Source: the human T2T-CHM13v2.0 reference genome, Homo sapiens
Assembly: GCF_009914755.1 (NCBI RefSeq)
Contig: NC_060937.1
Length of the DNA: 64,000 nt
Direction: 5' to 3' (one strand)
Shown: positions 14,401-31,200 of the stretch, one piece after another
How positions within the stretch are numbered: the stretch's first letter is position 1
Layout of the letters: every line of letters begins with the position of its first letter
Translations under genes and position numbers: made by a program
Notes under the pieces: generated by a model
The model's database searches: none
Seen by the model: only the letters and a program-made list of their open reading frames with translations
What the model was told of the DNA's origin: nothing

Positions 14401-17400
14401 TCATCTTTTATGTACAGTATATAATACATGCTTTGGGTACTTTGATATTTTTTGTACATTATAGAATATATACCTTGGGTACTTTGATATTTTATGTACA
14501 GTATATAATATATAGTTTGTGAATTTTGATATCTCATGTACAGTATATAATATATATTTGGGGTTCTTTGATATTTTATGTACAGTTAATAATCTATATT
14601 TGATGTACTTTCATATTTTATGTTCCTAATATAATATATATTTGATGTAATTTCATATTTTATGTACAGTATGTAATGTATAGTTTGGGTACTTTGATAT
14701 TTTATGTACACTATAAAATATATATCTGGTGTACTTTGATATTTTATGTACAGAATAAAATATATATTTGATGTACTTTCATCTTTTATGTACAGTATAT
14801 AATACATGCTTTGGGTACTTTGGTATTTTTTGTACAGTATAGAATATATACCTTGGGTACTTTGATATTTTATGTACAGTATATAATATATAGTTTGTGT
14901 ATTTTGATATTTCATGTACAGTATATAATATATATTTGGGGTACTTTTATATTTTATGTACAGTATATAATCTATATTTGATGTACTTTCATATTTTATG
15001 TACCTAATATAACATATATTTGATGTAATTTCATATTTTATGTACAGTATATAATGTATAGTTTGGGTACTTTGATATTTTATGTACACTATAAAATATA
15101 TATCTGGTGTACTTTGATATTTTATGTACAGAATAAAATATATATTTCATGTACTTTCATCTTTTATGTACAGTATATAATACATGCTTTGGGTACTTTG
15201 ATATTTTTTGTACAGTATATAATATATAGTTTGTGTATTTTGATATTTCATGCACAGTATATAATATATATTTGGGGTACTTTTATATTTTATGTACAGT
15301 ATATAATCTATATTTTATGTACTTTCATATTTTATGTACCTAATATAATATATATTTGATGTAATTTCATATTTTATGTACAGTATATAATGTATAGTTT
15401 GGGTACTTTGATATTTTATGTACACTATAGAATATATGTCTGGTGTACTTTCATATTTTATGTACAGAATAATATATATATTTGATGTACTATCATATTT
15501 TATGTACAGTATATGATACATGCTTTGGGTACTTTGATATTTTTTGTACAGTATAGAATATATACCTTGGGTACTTTGATATTTTATGTACAGTATATAA
15601 TATATAGTTTCTGAACTTTGATATTTCATGTACAGTATATAATATATATTTGGGGTACTTTGATATTTTATGTACAGTATATAATCTATATTTGATGTAC
15701 TTTCATATTTTAGGTAACTAATATAATATATATTTAATGTAATTTTATATTTTATGTACAGTATATAATGTATAGTTTGGGTACTTTGATATTTTATGTA
15801 CACTATAAAATATATATCTGGTGTACTTTGATATTTTATGTACAGAATAAAATATATATTTGATGTACTTTCATCTTTTATGTACAGTATATAATACATG
15901 CTTTGGGTACTTTGATATTTTTTGTACAGTATAGAATATATACCTTGGGTACTTTGATATTTTATCTACAGTATATAATATATAGTTTGTGAACTTTGAT
16001 ATTTCATGTACAGTATATAATATATATTTGGGGTACTTTGATATTTTATGTACACTTAATAATCTATATTTGATGTACTTTCATATTTTACGTACCTAAT
16101 ATAATATATATTTGATGTAATTTCATATTTTATGTACAGTATATAATGTATAGTTTGGGTACTTTGATATTTTATGTACACTATAGAATATATATTTGGT
16201 GTACTTTGATATTTTATGTACAGAATAAAATATATATTTGATGTACTTTCATATTTTATGTACAGCATATAATACATGCTTTGGGTACTTTGATATTTTT
16301 TGTACAGTATAGAATATATACCTTGGGTACTTTGATATTTTATGTACAGAATATAATATATAGTTTGAGAACTTTGATATTTCATGTACAGTATAAAATA
16401 TTTATTTGGGGTACTTTGGTGTTTTATGTACAGTATATAATCTATATTTGATGTACTTTCATATTTTACGTACCTAATATAATATATATTTGATGTAATT
16501 TCATATATTATGTACAGTGTATAATGTATAGTTTGGGTACTTTGATATTTTATGTACAGTATAGAATATATATTTTGTGTACTTTGATATTTTATGTACA
16601 GAATAAAATATATATTTGATGTACTTTTATATTTTATGTACAGTATATAATACATGCTTTGGGTACTTTGATATTTTTTGTACAGTATAGAATATATACC
16701 TTGGGTACTTTGATACTTTATGTACAGTATATAATATATAGTTTGTGTATTTTGACATTTCATGTACAGTATATAATATATAGTTGGGGTTCTTTTATAT
16801 ATTATATACAGTATATAATCTATATTTGATGTACTTTCATATTTTACGTACCTAATATAATATATATTTGATGTAATTTCATATTTTATGTACAGTATAT
16901 AATGTATAGTTTGGGTACCTTGATATTTTATGTACACTATAAAATATATATCTGGTGTACTTTGATATTTTATGTACATAATAAAATATATATTTGATGT
17001 ACTTTCATCTTTTATGTACAGTATATAATACTTGCTTTGGGTACTTTGATATTTTATGTACATTATATAATATATATTTTGTAAATTTTGATATTTCATG
17101 TACACTGTATAATATATATTTGGGCTACTTTGATATTTTATGTACAGTATATCATCTATATTTTATGTACTTTCATATTTTATGTACCTAATATAATATA
17201 TATTTGATGTGCTTTCATATTTTATGTACAGTATATAATACATGCTTTGGGTACTTTGATATTTTTTTTACAGTATAGAATATATACCTTGGGTACTTTG
17301 ATATTTTATCTACAGTATATAATATATAGTTTGTGAACTTTGATAATTCATGTACAGTATATCATATATATTTGGGGTTCCTTTATATTTTATGTATGGT

Positions 17401-19670
17401 ATATAATCTATATTTGATGTACTTTCATATTTTACGTACCTAATATAATATATATTTGATGTAATTCCATATTTTATGTACAGTATGTAATGTATAGTTT
17501 GGGTAATTTCATATTTTATGTACACTATAAAATATATATCTGGTGTACTTTGTTATTTTATGTACAGAATAAAATATATATTTGATGTACCTTCATATTT
17601 TATGTACAGTATATAATACATGCTTTGGGTACTTTGATATTTTATGTACATTATATAATATATATTTTGTAAATTTTGATATTTCATGTACACTGTATAA
17701 TATATATTTGGGCTACTTTGATATTTTATGTACAGAATAAAATATATATTCGATGTACTTTCATATTTTATGTACAGTATATAATACATGCTTTGGGTAC
17801 TTTGATATTTTTTGTACATTATAGAATATATACCTTGGGTACTTTGATATTTTATGTACAGTATATAATATATAGTTTGTGAAGTTTGATATCTCATGTA
17901 CAGTATATAATATATATTTGGGGTTCTTTGATATTTTATGTACAGTTAATAATCTATATTTGATGTACTTTCATATTTTATGTTCCTAATATAATATATA
18001 TTTGATGTAATTTCATATTTTATGTACAGTATGTAATGTATAGTTTGGGTACTTTGATATTTTATGTACACTATAAAATATATATCTGGTGTACTTTGAT
18101 ATTTTATGTACAGAATAAAATATATATTTGATGTACTTTCATCTTTTATGTACAGTATATAATACATGCTTTGGGTACTTTGATATTTTTTGTACAGTAT
18201 AGAATATATACCTTGGGTAACTTGATATTTTATGTACAGTATATAATATATAGTTTGTGAACTTTGATATTTCATGTACAGTATATAATATATATTTGGG
18301 GTTCTTTGATATTTTTTGTACAGTTAATAATCTATATTTGATGTACTTTCATATTTTATGTACCCAATATAATATATATTTGATGTAATTTCATATTTTA
18401 TGTACAGTATATAATGTATAGTTTGTGTACCTTGATGTTTTATGTACACTATAGAATATATATCTGGTGTACTTTGATATTTTATGTACAGAATAAAATA
18501 TATATTTGATGTACTTTCATCTTTTATGTACAGTATATAATACTTGCTTTGGGTACTTTGATATTTTTTGTACAGTATATAATAGATAGTTTCTGTTTTT
18601 TGATATTTCATGTACAGTATATAATATATATTTTGGGTACTTTGATATTTTATGTACAGTATATAATCTATCTTTGATGTACTTTCATATTTTATGTACC
18701 TAATATAATATATATTTGATGTAATTTCATATTTTATGTACAGTATATAATGTATAGTTTGGGTACTTTGATATTTTATGTACACTATAAAATATATATC
18801 TGGTGTACTTTGATATTTTATGTACAGAATAAAATATATATTTGATGTACTTTCATCTTTTATGTACAGTATATAATACATGCTTTGGGTACTTTGATAT
18901 TTTTTGTACAGTATAGAATATATATTTTGTAAATTTTGATATTTCATGTACACTGTATAATATATATTTGGGCTACTTTGATATTTTATGTACAGTATAT
19001 CATCTATATTTTATGTACTTTCATATTTTATGTACCTAATATAATATATATTTGATGTGCTTTCGTATTTTATGTACAGTATATAATACATGCTTTGGGT
19101 ACTTTGATTTTTTTTTACAGTATAGAATATATACATTGGGTACTTTGATATTTTATCTACAGTATATAATATATAGTTTGTGAACTTTGATATTTCATGT
19201 ACAGTATATCATATGTATTTGGGGTTCCTTTATGTTTTATGTATGGTGTATAATCTATATTTGATGTACTTTCATATTTTATGTACCTAATATAATATAT
19301 ATTTGATGTAATTTCATATTTTATGTACAGTATATAATGTATAGTTTGGGTACTTTGATATTTTATGTACACTATAAAATATATATCTGGTGTACTTTGA
19401 TATTTTATGTACAGAATAAAATATATATTTGATGTACTTTCATCTTTTATGTACAGTATATAATACATGCTTTGGGTACTTTGATATTTTTTGTACATTA
19501 TAGAATATATACCTTGGGTACTTTGATATTTTATGTACAGTATATAATATATAGTTTGTGAAGTTTGATATCTCATGTACAGTATATAATATATATTTGG
19601 GGTTCTTTGATATTTTATGTACAGTTAATAATCTATATTTGATGTACTTTCATATTTTATGTTCCTAATA
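11431..19670 (-). repeat. Mosaic transition domain (9-mers, truncated HORs and 14-mer fragments)
   Basis: Irregular monomer order. 14-mer private monomers recur at ~13880, ~17075, ~17665 and ~18925. Private markers CAGTTAATAATC, GATATCTCATG and TGTTCCTAAT. Confidence 0.8.
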
Positions 19671-22600
19671 TATATTTGATGTAATTTCATATTTTATGTA
19701 CATTATATAATTTATAGTTTGTGTACTTTGTTATTTTATGTACACTATAGAATATATATCTGGTGTACTTTGATATTTTATGTACAGAATAAAATATATA
19801 TTTGATGTACTTTCATATTTTATATACAGTATATAATACATGCTTTGGGTACTTTGAAATTTTTTGTGCAGCATGGAATATATACCTTGGGTACTTTGAT
19901 ATTTTATGTACAGTATATAATATATAGTTTGTGAACTTTGATATTTCATGTAGAGTATATAATATATATTTGGGGTACCTTGATATTTTATGTACAGTAT
20001 ATAATCTATATTTGATGTACTTTCATATTTTATGTACCTAATATAATACATATTTGATGTAATTTCATATTTTATGTACAGTATATAATGTATAGTTTGG
20101 GTACTTTGATATTTTATGTACACTTTAGAATATATATCTGGTGTACTTTGATATTTTATGTACAGAATAAAATATATACTTGATGTACTTTCATATTTTA
20201 TGTACAGTATATAATACATGCTTTGGGTACTTTGATATTTTTTGTAGAGTATAGAATATATACCTTGGGTACTTTGATAATTTATGTACAGTATATAATA
20301 TATAGATTGTGAACTTTGATATTTTATGTACAGTATAAAATATATATTTGGGGTACTTTGGTATTTAATGTACAGTATATAATCTATATTTGATGTACTT
20401 TCATATTTTAGGTACCTAATATAAAATATATTTGATGTAATTTCATATTTTATTTACAGTATATAATGTATAGTTTGGGTACTTTGATATTTTATGTACA
20501 CTATAGAATATATATCTGGTGTACTTTGATATTTTATGTACAGAATAAAATATATATTTGATGTACTTTCATATTTTATGTACAGTATATAATACATGCT
20601 TTGGGTACTTTGATACTTTTTGTATAGTATAGAATATATACCTTGGGTACTTTGATATTTTATGTACAGTATATAATATATAGTTTGTGAACTTTGATAT
20701 TTCATGTAGAGTATAAAATATATATTTGGGGTACATTGATATTTTATGTACAGTATATAATCTATATTTGATGTACTTTCATATTTTATGTACCTAATAT
20801 ATATTTGATGTAATGTCATATTTTATGTACAGTATATAATTTATGGTTTGTGTACTTTGATATTTTATGTACACTATAGAATATATATCTCGTGTACTTT
20901 GATATTTTATGTACAGAATAAAATATATATTTGATGTACTTTCATATTTTATGTACAGTATATAATACATGCTTTGGGTACTTTGATATTTTTTGTACAG
21001 TATAGAATATATACGTTGGGTACTTTGATATTTTATGTTCAGTATATAATATATAGTTTGTGAACTTTGATATTTCATGTACAGTATATAATATATATTT
21101 GGGGTACTTTGATATTTTATGTACAGTATATAATCTATATCTGATGTACTTTCATATTTTATGTACCTAATACATATTTGATGTAATTTCATATTTTATG
21201 TACAGTATATAATGTATAGTTTGGGTACTTTGATATTTTATGTACACTATAGAATATATATCTGGTGTACTTTGATATTTTATGTACAGATTAAAATATA
21301 TATTTGATGTACTTTCATATTTTATGTACAGTATATAACACATGCTTTGGGTACTTTGATATTTTTTGTACAGTATAGAATATATACCTTGGGTACTTTG
21401 ATATTTTATATACAGTATATAATATATAGTTTGTGAACTTTGATATTTCATGTAGAGTATATAATATATATTTGGGTTACTTTGATATTTTATGTACAGT
21501 ATATAATCTATATCAGATGTACTTTCATATTTTATGTACCTAATATAATATATATTTGATGTAATCTCATATTTTATGTACAGTGTATAATGTATAGTTT
21601 GGGTACTTTGATATTTTATGTACACTATAGAATATATATCTGGTGTACTTTGATATTTTATGTACAGAATAAAATATATATTTGATGTACTTTCATATTT
21701 TAGGTACAGTATATAATACATGCTTTGGGTACTTTGATATTTTTTGTACAGTATAGAATATATACCTTGGGTACTTTGCTATTTTATGTACAGTATATAA
21801 TATATGGTTTGTGAACTTTGATATTTCATGTAGAGTATAAAATATATATTTGGGGTACATTGATATTTTATGTACAGTATATAATCTATATTTGATGTAC
21901 TTTCATATTTTATGTACCTAATATATATTTGATGTAATTTCATATTTTATGTACAGTATATAATTTATAGTTTGTGTACTTTGTTATTTTATGTACACTA
22001 TAGAATATATATCTGGTGTACTTTGATATTTTATGTACAGAATAAAATATATATTTGATGTACTTTCATATTTTATGTACAGTATATAATACATGCTTTG
22101 GGTACTTTGATATTTTTTGTACAGTATAGAATATATACCTTGGGTACTTTGATATTTTATGTATAGTATATAATATATAGTTTTTGAACTTTGATATTTC
22201 ATGTAGAGTATATAATATATATTTGGGGTACTTTGATATTTTATGTACAGTATATAATCTATATTTGATGTACTTTCATATTTTATGTACCTAATATATA
22301 TTTGATGTAATTTCATATTTTATGTACAGTATATAATGTATAGTTTGGGTACTTTGATATTTTATGTACACTATAGAATATATATCTGGTGTACTTTGAT
22401 ATTTTATGTACAGAATAAAATATATATTTGATGTACTTTCATATTTTATGTACTGTATATAATACATGCTTTGGGTACTTTGATGTTTTTTGTACAGTAT
22501 AGAATATATACTTTGGGTACTTTGATATTTTATGTACAGTATATAATATATAGTTTGTGAACTTTGATATTTCATGTACAGTATAAAATATATATTTGGG

Positions 22601-25600
22601 GTACTTTGGTATTTAATGTACAGTATATAATCTATATTTGATGTACTTTCATATTTTATGTACCTAATATAATATATATATTAGGTAATTTCATATTTTA
22701 TGTACAGTATATAATGTATAGTTTGGGTACTTTTGATATTTTATGTACACTATAGAATATATATCTGGTGTACTTTGATATTTTATGTACAGAATAAAAT
22801 ATATATTTGATGTACTTTCATATTTTATGTACAGTATATAATACATGCTTTGGGTAATTTGATATTTTATGTACACTATAGAAAATATATCTGGTGTACA
22901 TTGATATTTTTTGTACAGAATAAAATATATATTTGATGTAGTTTCATATTTTATGTACAGTATATAATACATGCTTTGGGTACTTTGATATTTTTTGTAA
23001 AGTATAGAATATATACCTTGTGTACTTTGATATTTTATGTACAGTATATAATATATGGTTTGTGAACTTTGATATTTCATGTAGAGTATAAAATATATAT
23101 TTGGGGTACATTGATATTTTATGTACAGTATATAATCTATATCAGATGTACTTTCATATTTTATGTACTTAATATAATATATATTTGATGTAATCTCATA
23201 TTTTATGTACAGTGTATAATGTATAGTTTGGGTACTTTGATATTTTATGTACACTATAGAATATATATCTGGTGTACTTTGATATTTTGTGTACAGAATA
23301 AAATATATATTTGATGTACTTTCATATTTTATGTACAGTATATAATACATGCTTTGGGTACTTTGATATTTTTTGTATAGTATAGAATATATACCTTGGG
23401 TACTTTGATATTTTATGTACAGTATATAATATATGGTTTGTGAACTTTGATATTTCATGTAGAGTATAAAATATATATTTGGGGTACATTGATATTTTAT
23501 GTACAGTATATAATCTATATTTGATGTACTTTCATATTTTATGTACCTAATATATATTTGATGTAATTTCATATTTTATGTACAGTATATAATTTATAGT
23601 TTGTGTACTTTGTTATTTTATGTACACTATAGAATATATATCTGGTGTACTTTGATATTTTATGTACAGAATAAAATATATATTTGATGTACTTTCATAT
23701 TTTATGTACAGTATATAATACATGCTTTGGGTACTTTGATATTTTTTGTACAGTATAGAATATATACCTTGGGTACTTTGATATTTTATGTATAGTATAT
23801 AATATATAGTTTTTGAACTTTGATATTTCATGTAGAGTATATAATATATATTTGGGGTACTTTGATATTTTATGTACAGTATATAAACTATATTTGATGT
23901 ACTTTCATATTTTATGTACCTAATATATATTTGATGTAATTTCATATTTTATGTACAGTATATAATGTATAGTTTGGGTACTTTGATATTTTATGTACAC
24001 TATAGAATATATATCTGGTGTACTTTGATATTTTATGTACAGAATAAAATATATATTTAATGTACTTTCATATTTTATATACAGTATATAATACATGCTT
24101 TGGATACTTTGATATTTTTTGTACAGTATAGAATATATACCTTGGGTACTTTGATGTTTTATGTACAGTATATAATATATAGTTTGTGAACTTTGATATT
24201 TCATGTAGAGTATATAATATATATTTGGGGTACTTTGATATTTTATGTACAGTATATAATCTATATTTGATGTGCTTTCATATTTTATGTACCTAATATA
24301 ATATATATTTGATGTAATTTCATATTTTATGTACAGTATATAATGTATAGTTTGGGTACTTTGATATTTTATGTACACTATAGAATATATATCTGGTGTA
24401 CTTTGATGTTTTATGTACAGAATAAAATATATATTTAATGTACTTTAATATTTTATATACAGTATATAATACATGCTTTGGATACTTTGATATTTTTTGT
24501 ACAGTATAGAATATATACCTTGGGTACTTTGATATTTTATGTACAGTATATAATATATGGTTTGTGAACTTTGATATTTCATGTAGAGTATAAAATATAT
24601 ATTTGGGGTACATTGAAATTTTATGTACAGTATATAATCTATATTTGATGTACTTTCATATTTTATGTACCTAATATATATTTGATGTAATTTCATATTT
24701 TATGTACAGTATATAATTTATAGTTTTTGTACTTTGTTATTTTATGTACACTATAGAATATATATCTGGTGTACTTTGATATATTATGTACAGAATAAAA
24801 TATATATTTGATGTACTTTCTTATTTTATATACAGTATATAATACATGCTTTGGGTACTTTGATATTTTTTCTACAGTATAGAATATATACCTTGGGGAC
24901 TTTATTTTATGTACAGTATATAATATATAGTTTGTGAACTTTGATATTTCATGTAGAGTATATAATATATATTTGGGGTATTTTGATATTTTATGTACCT
25001 AATATAATATATATTTGATGTAATTTCATATTTTATGTACAGTATATAATTTATAGTTTGGGTACTTTGATATTTTATGTACACTATAGAATATATATCT
25101 GTTGTACTTTGATATTTTATGTACAGAATAAAATATATATTTGATGTACTTTCATATTTTATGTACAGTATATAATACATGCTTTGGGTACTTTGATATT
25201 TTTTGTACAGTATAGAATATATACCTTGGGTACTTTGATATTTTATGTACAGTATATAATGTATGGTTTGTGAACTTTGATATTTGATGCAGAGTATAAA
25301 ATATATATTTGGGGTACATTGATATTATATGTACAGTATATAATCTATATTTGAAGTACTTTCATATTTTATGTACCTAATATATATTTGATGTAATTTC
25401 ATATTTTTTGTACAGTATATAATTTATAGTTTGTGTACTTTGTTATTTTATGTGCACTATAGAATATATTTCTGGTGTACCTTGATATTTTATGTACAGA
25501 ATAAAATATATATTTGATGTACTTTCATAGTTTATGTACAGTATATAATACATGCTTTGGGTACTTTGATATTTTTTGTACAGTATAGAATATATACCTT

Positions 25601-28229
25601 GGGTACTTTGATATATTATGTACAATATATAATATATAGTTTCTGAACTTTGATATTTCATGTAGAGTATATAATATATATTTGGGGTACTTTGATATTT
25701 TATGTACAGTATATAATCTATATTTGATGTACTTTCATATTTTATGTACCTAATATATATTTGATGTAATTTCATATTTTATGTACAGTATATAATTTAC
25801 AGTTTGTGTACTTTGTTATTTTATGTACACTATAGAATATATATCTGGTGTACTTTGATATTTTATGTACAGAATAAAATATATATTTGATGTACTTTCA
25901 TATTTTATGTACAGTATATAATACGTGCTTTGGGTACTTTGATATTTTTTGTACAGTATAGAATATATACCTTGGGTACTTTGATATTTTATGTACAGTA
26001 TATAATGTATGGTTTGTGAACTTTGATATTTCATGTAGAGTATAAAATATATATTTGGGGTACATTGATATTATATGTACAGTATATAATCTATATTTGA
26101 TATACTTTCATATATTATGTACCTAATATATATTTGATGTAATTTCATATTTTATGTACAGTATATAATTTACAGTTTGTGTACTTTGTTATTTTATGTA
26201 CACTATAGAATATATATCTGGTGTACTTTGATATTTTATGTACAGAATAAAATATATATTTAATGTACTTTCATATTTTATATACAGTATATAATACATG
26301 CTTTGGATACTTTGATATTTTTTGTACAGTATAGAATATATACCTTGGGTACTTTGATATTTTATGTACAGTATATAATATATAGTTTGTGAACTTTGAT
26401 ATTTCATGTAGTGTATATAATATATATTTGGGGTACTTTGATATTTTATGTACAGTATATGATCTATATTTGATGTACTTTCATATTTTATGTACCTAAT
26501 ATAATATATATTTGATGTAATCTCATATTTTATGTACAGTATATAATGTATAGTTTGGGTACTTTGATATTTTATGTACACTATAGAATATATATCTGGT
26601 GTACTTTGATATTTTATGTAAAGAATAAAATATATATTTGATGTACTTTCATATTTTATGTACAGTATATACTACATGCTTTGGGTACTTTGATATTTTT
26701 TGTACAGTATAGAATATATACCTTGGGTACTTTGATATTTTTTGTACAGTATATAATATATAGTTTGTGAACTTTGATATTTCATGTAGAGTATATAATA
26801 TATATTTGGGGTACTTTGATATTTTATGTACAGTATATAATCTATATTTGATGTACTTTCATATTTTATGTACCTAATATAATATATATTTGATGTAATT
26901 TCATATTTTATGTACAGTATATAATGTATAGTTTGGGTACTTTGATATTTTATGTACTCTATAGAATATATATCTGGTGTACTTTGGTGTTTTATGTACA
27001 GAATAAAATATGTATTTGATGTACTTTCATATTTTATGTACAGTATATAATACATGCTTTGGGTACTTTGATATTTTTTGTACAGTATAGAATATATACC
27101 TTGGGTACTTTGATATTTTATGTACAGTATATAATATATAGTTTGTGAACTTTGATATTTGATGTACAGTGTAAAATATATATTTGGGGTACTTTGGTAT
27201 TTAATGTACAGTATATAATCTATATTTGATGTGCTTTCATATTTTATGTACCTAATATAATATATGTTTGATGTAATTTCATATTTTATGTATAGTATAT
27301 AATGTATAGTTTGGGTACTTTGATATTTTATGTACACTATAGAATATATATCTGGTGTACTTTGATATTTTATGTACAGAATAAAATATATATTTGATAT
27401 ACTTTCATATTTTATGTACAGTATATAATACATGCTTTGGGTACTTTGATATTTTTTGTACAGTATAGAATATATACCTTGGGTACTTTGATATTTTATG
27501 TATAGTATATAATATATGGTTTGTGAACTTTGATATTTCATGTAGAGTATAAAATATATATTTGGGTTACATTGATATTATATGTACAGTATATAATCTA
27601 TATTTGATATACTATTATATTTTATGTACCTAATATATATTTGATGTAATTTCATATTTTATGTACAGTATATAATTTATAGTTTGTGTACTTTGTTATT
27701 TTATGTACACTTTAGAATATATATCTGGTGTACTTTGATATATTATGTACAGAATAAAATATATATTTGATGTACTTTCATATTTTATGTACAGTATATA
27801 ATACATGCTTTGGGTACTTTGATATTTTTTGTACAGTATAGAATACATACCTCGGGTACTTTGATATTTTATGTACAGTATATAATATATAGTTTGTGAA
27901 CTTTGATATTTCATGTAGAGTATATAATATATATTTGGGGTACTTTGATATTTTATGTACAGTATATAATCTATATTTGATGTACTTTCATATTTTATGT
28001 ACCTAATATATATTTGATGTAATTTCATATTTTACGTACAGTATATAATTTATAGTTTGTGTACTTTGTTATTTTATGTACACTATAGAATATATATCTG
28101 GTGTACTTTGATATTTTATGTACAGAATAAAATATATATTTGATGTACTTTCACATTTTATGTACAGTATATAATACATGCTTTGGGTACTTTGATATTT
28201 TTTGTACAGTATAGAATATATACCTTGGG

Positions 28230-31200
28230 TACATTGATATTTTATGTACAGTATATAATATATAGTTTGTGAACTTTGATATTTCATGTACAGTATATAA
28301 TATATATTTGGGTACTTTGATATTTTATGTACAGTATATAATCTATATTTGATGTACTTTCATATTTTATGTACCTAATATAATATATATTTGATGTAAT
28401 TTCATATTTTATGTACAGTATATAATGTATAGTTTGGGTACTTTTATATTTTATGTACAGTATAGAATATATATTTGGTGTACTTTGATATTTTATGTAC
28501 AGAATAAAATATATATTTGATGTACTTTCATATTTTATATACAGTATATAATACATGCTTTGGGTACTTTGATATTTTTTTGTACAGTATAGAATATCTA
28601 CCTTGGGTACATTGATATTTTATGTACAGTATATAATATATAGTTTGTGAACTTTGATATTTCATGTACAGTATAAAATATATATTTGGGGTACTTTGGT
28701 ATTTTATGTACAGTATATAATCTATATTTGATGTACTTTCATAATTTATGTACCTATTATAATATATGTTTGATGTAATTTCATATTTTATTTACAGTAT
28801 ATAGTGTATAGCTTGGGTACTTTGATATTTTATGTACACTATACAATATATATTTGGTGTACTTTGACATTTTGTGTACAGAATAAAATATATATTTGAC
28901 GTAATTTCATATTTTATGTACAGTATATAATACATCCTTTTGGTACTTTGATATTATTTGTACAGTATAGAATATATACCTTGGGTACATTGATATTTTA
29001 TGTACAGTATATAATATATAGTTTGTGAACTTTCGTATTTCATGTACACTATATAATATATATTTGGGTACTTTTTTATTTTATGTACAGCATATAATCT
29101 ATATTTGATGTACTTTCATATTTTATGTACCTAACATAAAATATATTTGATGTAATTTCATATTTTATGTACAGTATATAATGTATAGTTTGGGTTCTTT
29201 GATATTTTATGTACAGTATAGAATATATATTTGGTGTACTTTGATAATGTATTTACAGAATAAAATATATATTTGATGTACTTTCATATTTTATGTACAG
29301 TATATAATACATGCTTTGGGTACTTTGATATTTTTTGTACACTATAGAATATATACCTTGGGTACATTGATATTTTATGTACAGTATATAATATATAGTT
29401 TGTGAACTTTGATATTTCATGTACAGTATATAATATATATTTGGGGTACTTTGATATTTTATGTACAGTATATAATCTATATTTGATGTACTTTCATATT
29501 TTATATACCTAATATAATATATATTTGATGTAATTTCATATTTTATGTACAGTATATAATACATGCTTTGGGTACTTTGATATTTTTTGTACAGTATACA
29601 ATATATACCATGAGTACTTCGATATTTTATGTACAGTATATAATATATAGTTTGTGAACTTTGATATTTCATGTACAGTATAAAATATATATTTGGGGTA
29701 CTTTGGTATTTTATGTACAGTGTATAATCTATATTTGATGTACTTTCATATTTTATGTACCTAATATAATATATATTTGATGTAATTTCATAATTTATCT
29801 ACAGTATATAATGTATAATTTGGGTACTTTGATATTTTATGTACACTATAGAATATATATTTGGTGTACTTTGATATTTTATGTACAGAATAAAATATAT
29901 ATTTGATGTACTTTCATATTTTATGGACAGTATATAATACATGCTTTGGGTACTTTGATATTTTTTGTACAGTATAGAATATATACCTTGGGTACTTTGA
30001 TATTTTATGTGCAGTATATAATATATAGTTTGTGAACTTTGATATTTCATGTACAGTATAATATATATATTTGGGGTACTTTGGTATTTTATATACAGTA
30101 TATAATCTATATTTGATGTACTTTCATATTTTCTGTACCTAATATAATATATATTTGATGTAATTTCATATTTTATGTACAGTATATAATGTATACTTTG
30201 GGTACTTTGATATTTTATGTACACTATAGAATATATATTTGCTGTACTTTGATATTATATGTACAGAATAAAATATGTATTTGATGTACTTTCATATTTT
30301 ATGTACAGTATATAATACATGCTTTGGGTACTTTGATATTTTTTGTACAGTATAGAATATATACCTTGAGTACTTTGATATTTTATGTACAGTATATAAT
30401 ATATAGTTTGTGAACTATGATATTTCATGTACAGTATAAAATATATATTTGGGGTACTTTGGTATTTTATGTACAGTATATAATCTGTATTTGATGTACT
30501 TTCATATTTTCTGTACCTAATGTAATATATATTTGATGTATTTTCATATTTTATGTACAGTATATAATGTATAGTTTGGGTACTTTGATATTTTATGTAC
30601 ACTATAGAATATATATTTGGTGTACTTTGATATTTAATGTACAGAATAAAATATATATTTGATGCACTTTCATATTTTATGTACAGTGTATAATACATGC
30701 TTTGGGTACTTTGATATTTTTTGTACAGTATAGAATATATACCTTGAGTACATTCATATTTTATGTACAGTATATAATATATAGTTTGTGAACTTTGATA
30801 TTTCATGTACAGTATATAATATATATTTGGGGTACTTTGATATTTTATGTACAGTATTTAATCTATATTTGATGTACTTTCATATTTTATATACCTAATA
30901 TAATATATATTTGATGTAATTTCATATTTCATGTACAGTATATAATGCATAGTTTGGGTACTTTGATATTTTTTGTACAGTATAGTATATATATTTGGTG
31001 TACTTTGGTATGATTTGTACAGAATAAAATATATATTTCATTTACTTTCATATTTTATGTACAGTATATAATACATGCTTTGGGTACTTTGATATTTTTT
31101 GTACAGTATAGAATATATACCTTGGGTACTTTGATATTTTATGTACAGTATATAATATATAGTTTGTGAACTTTGATATTTCATGTACAGTATAAAATAT

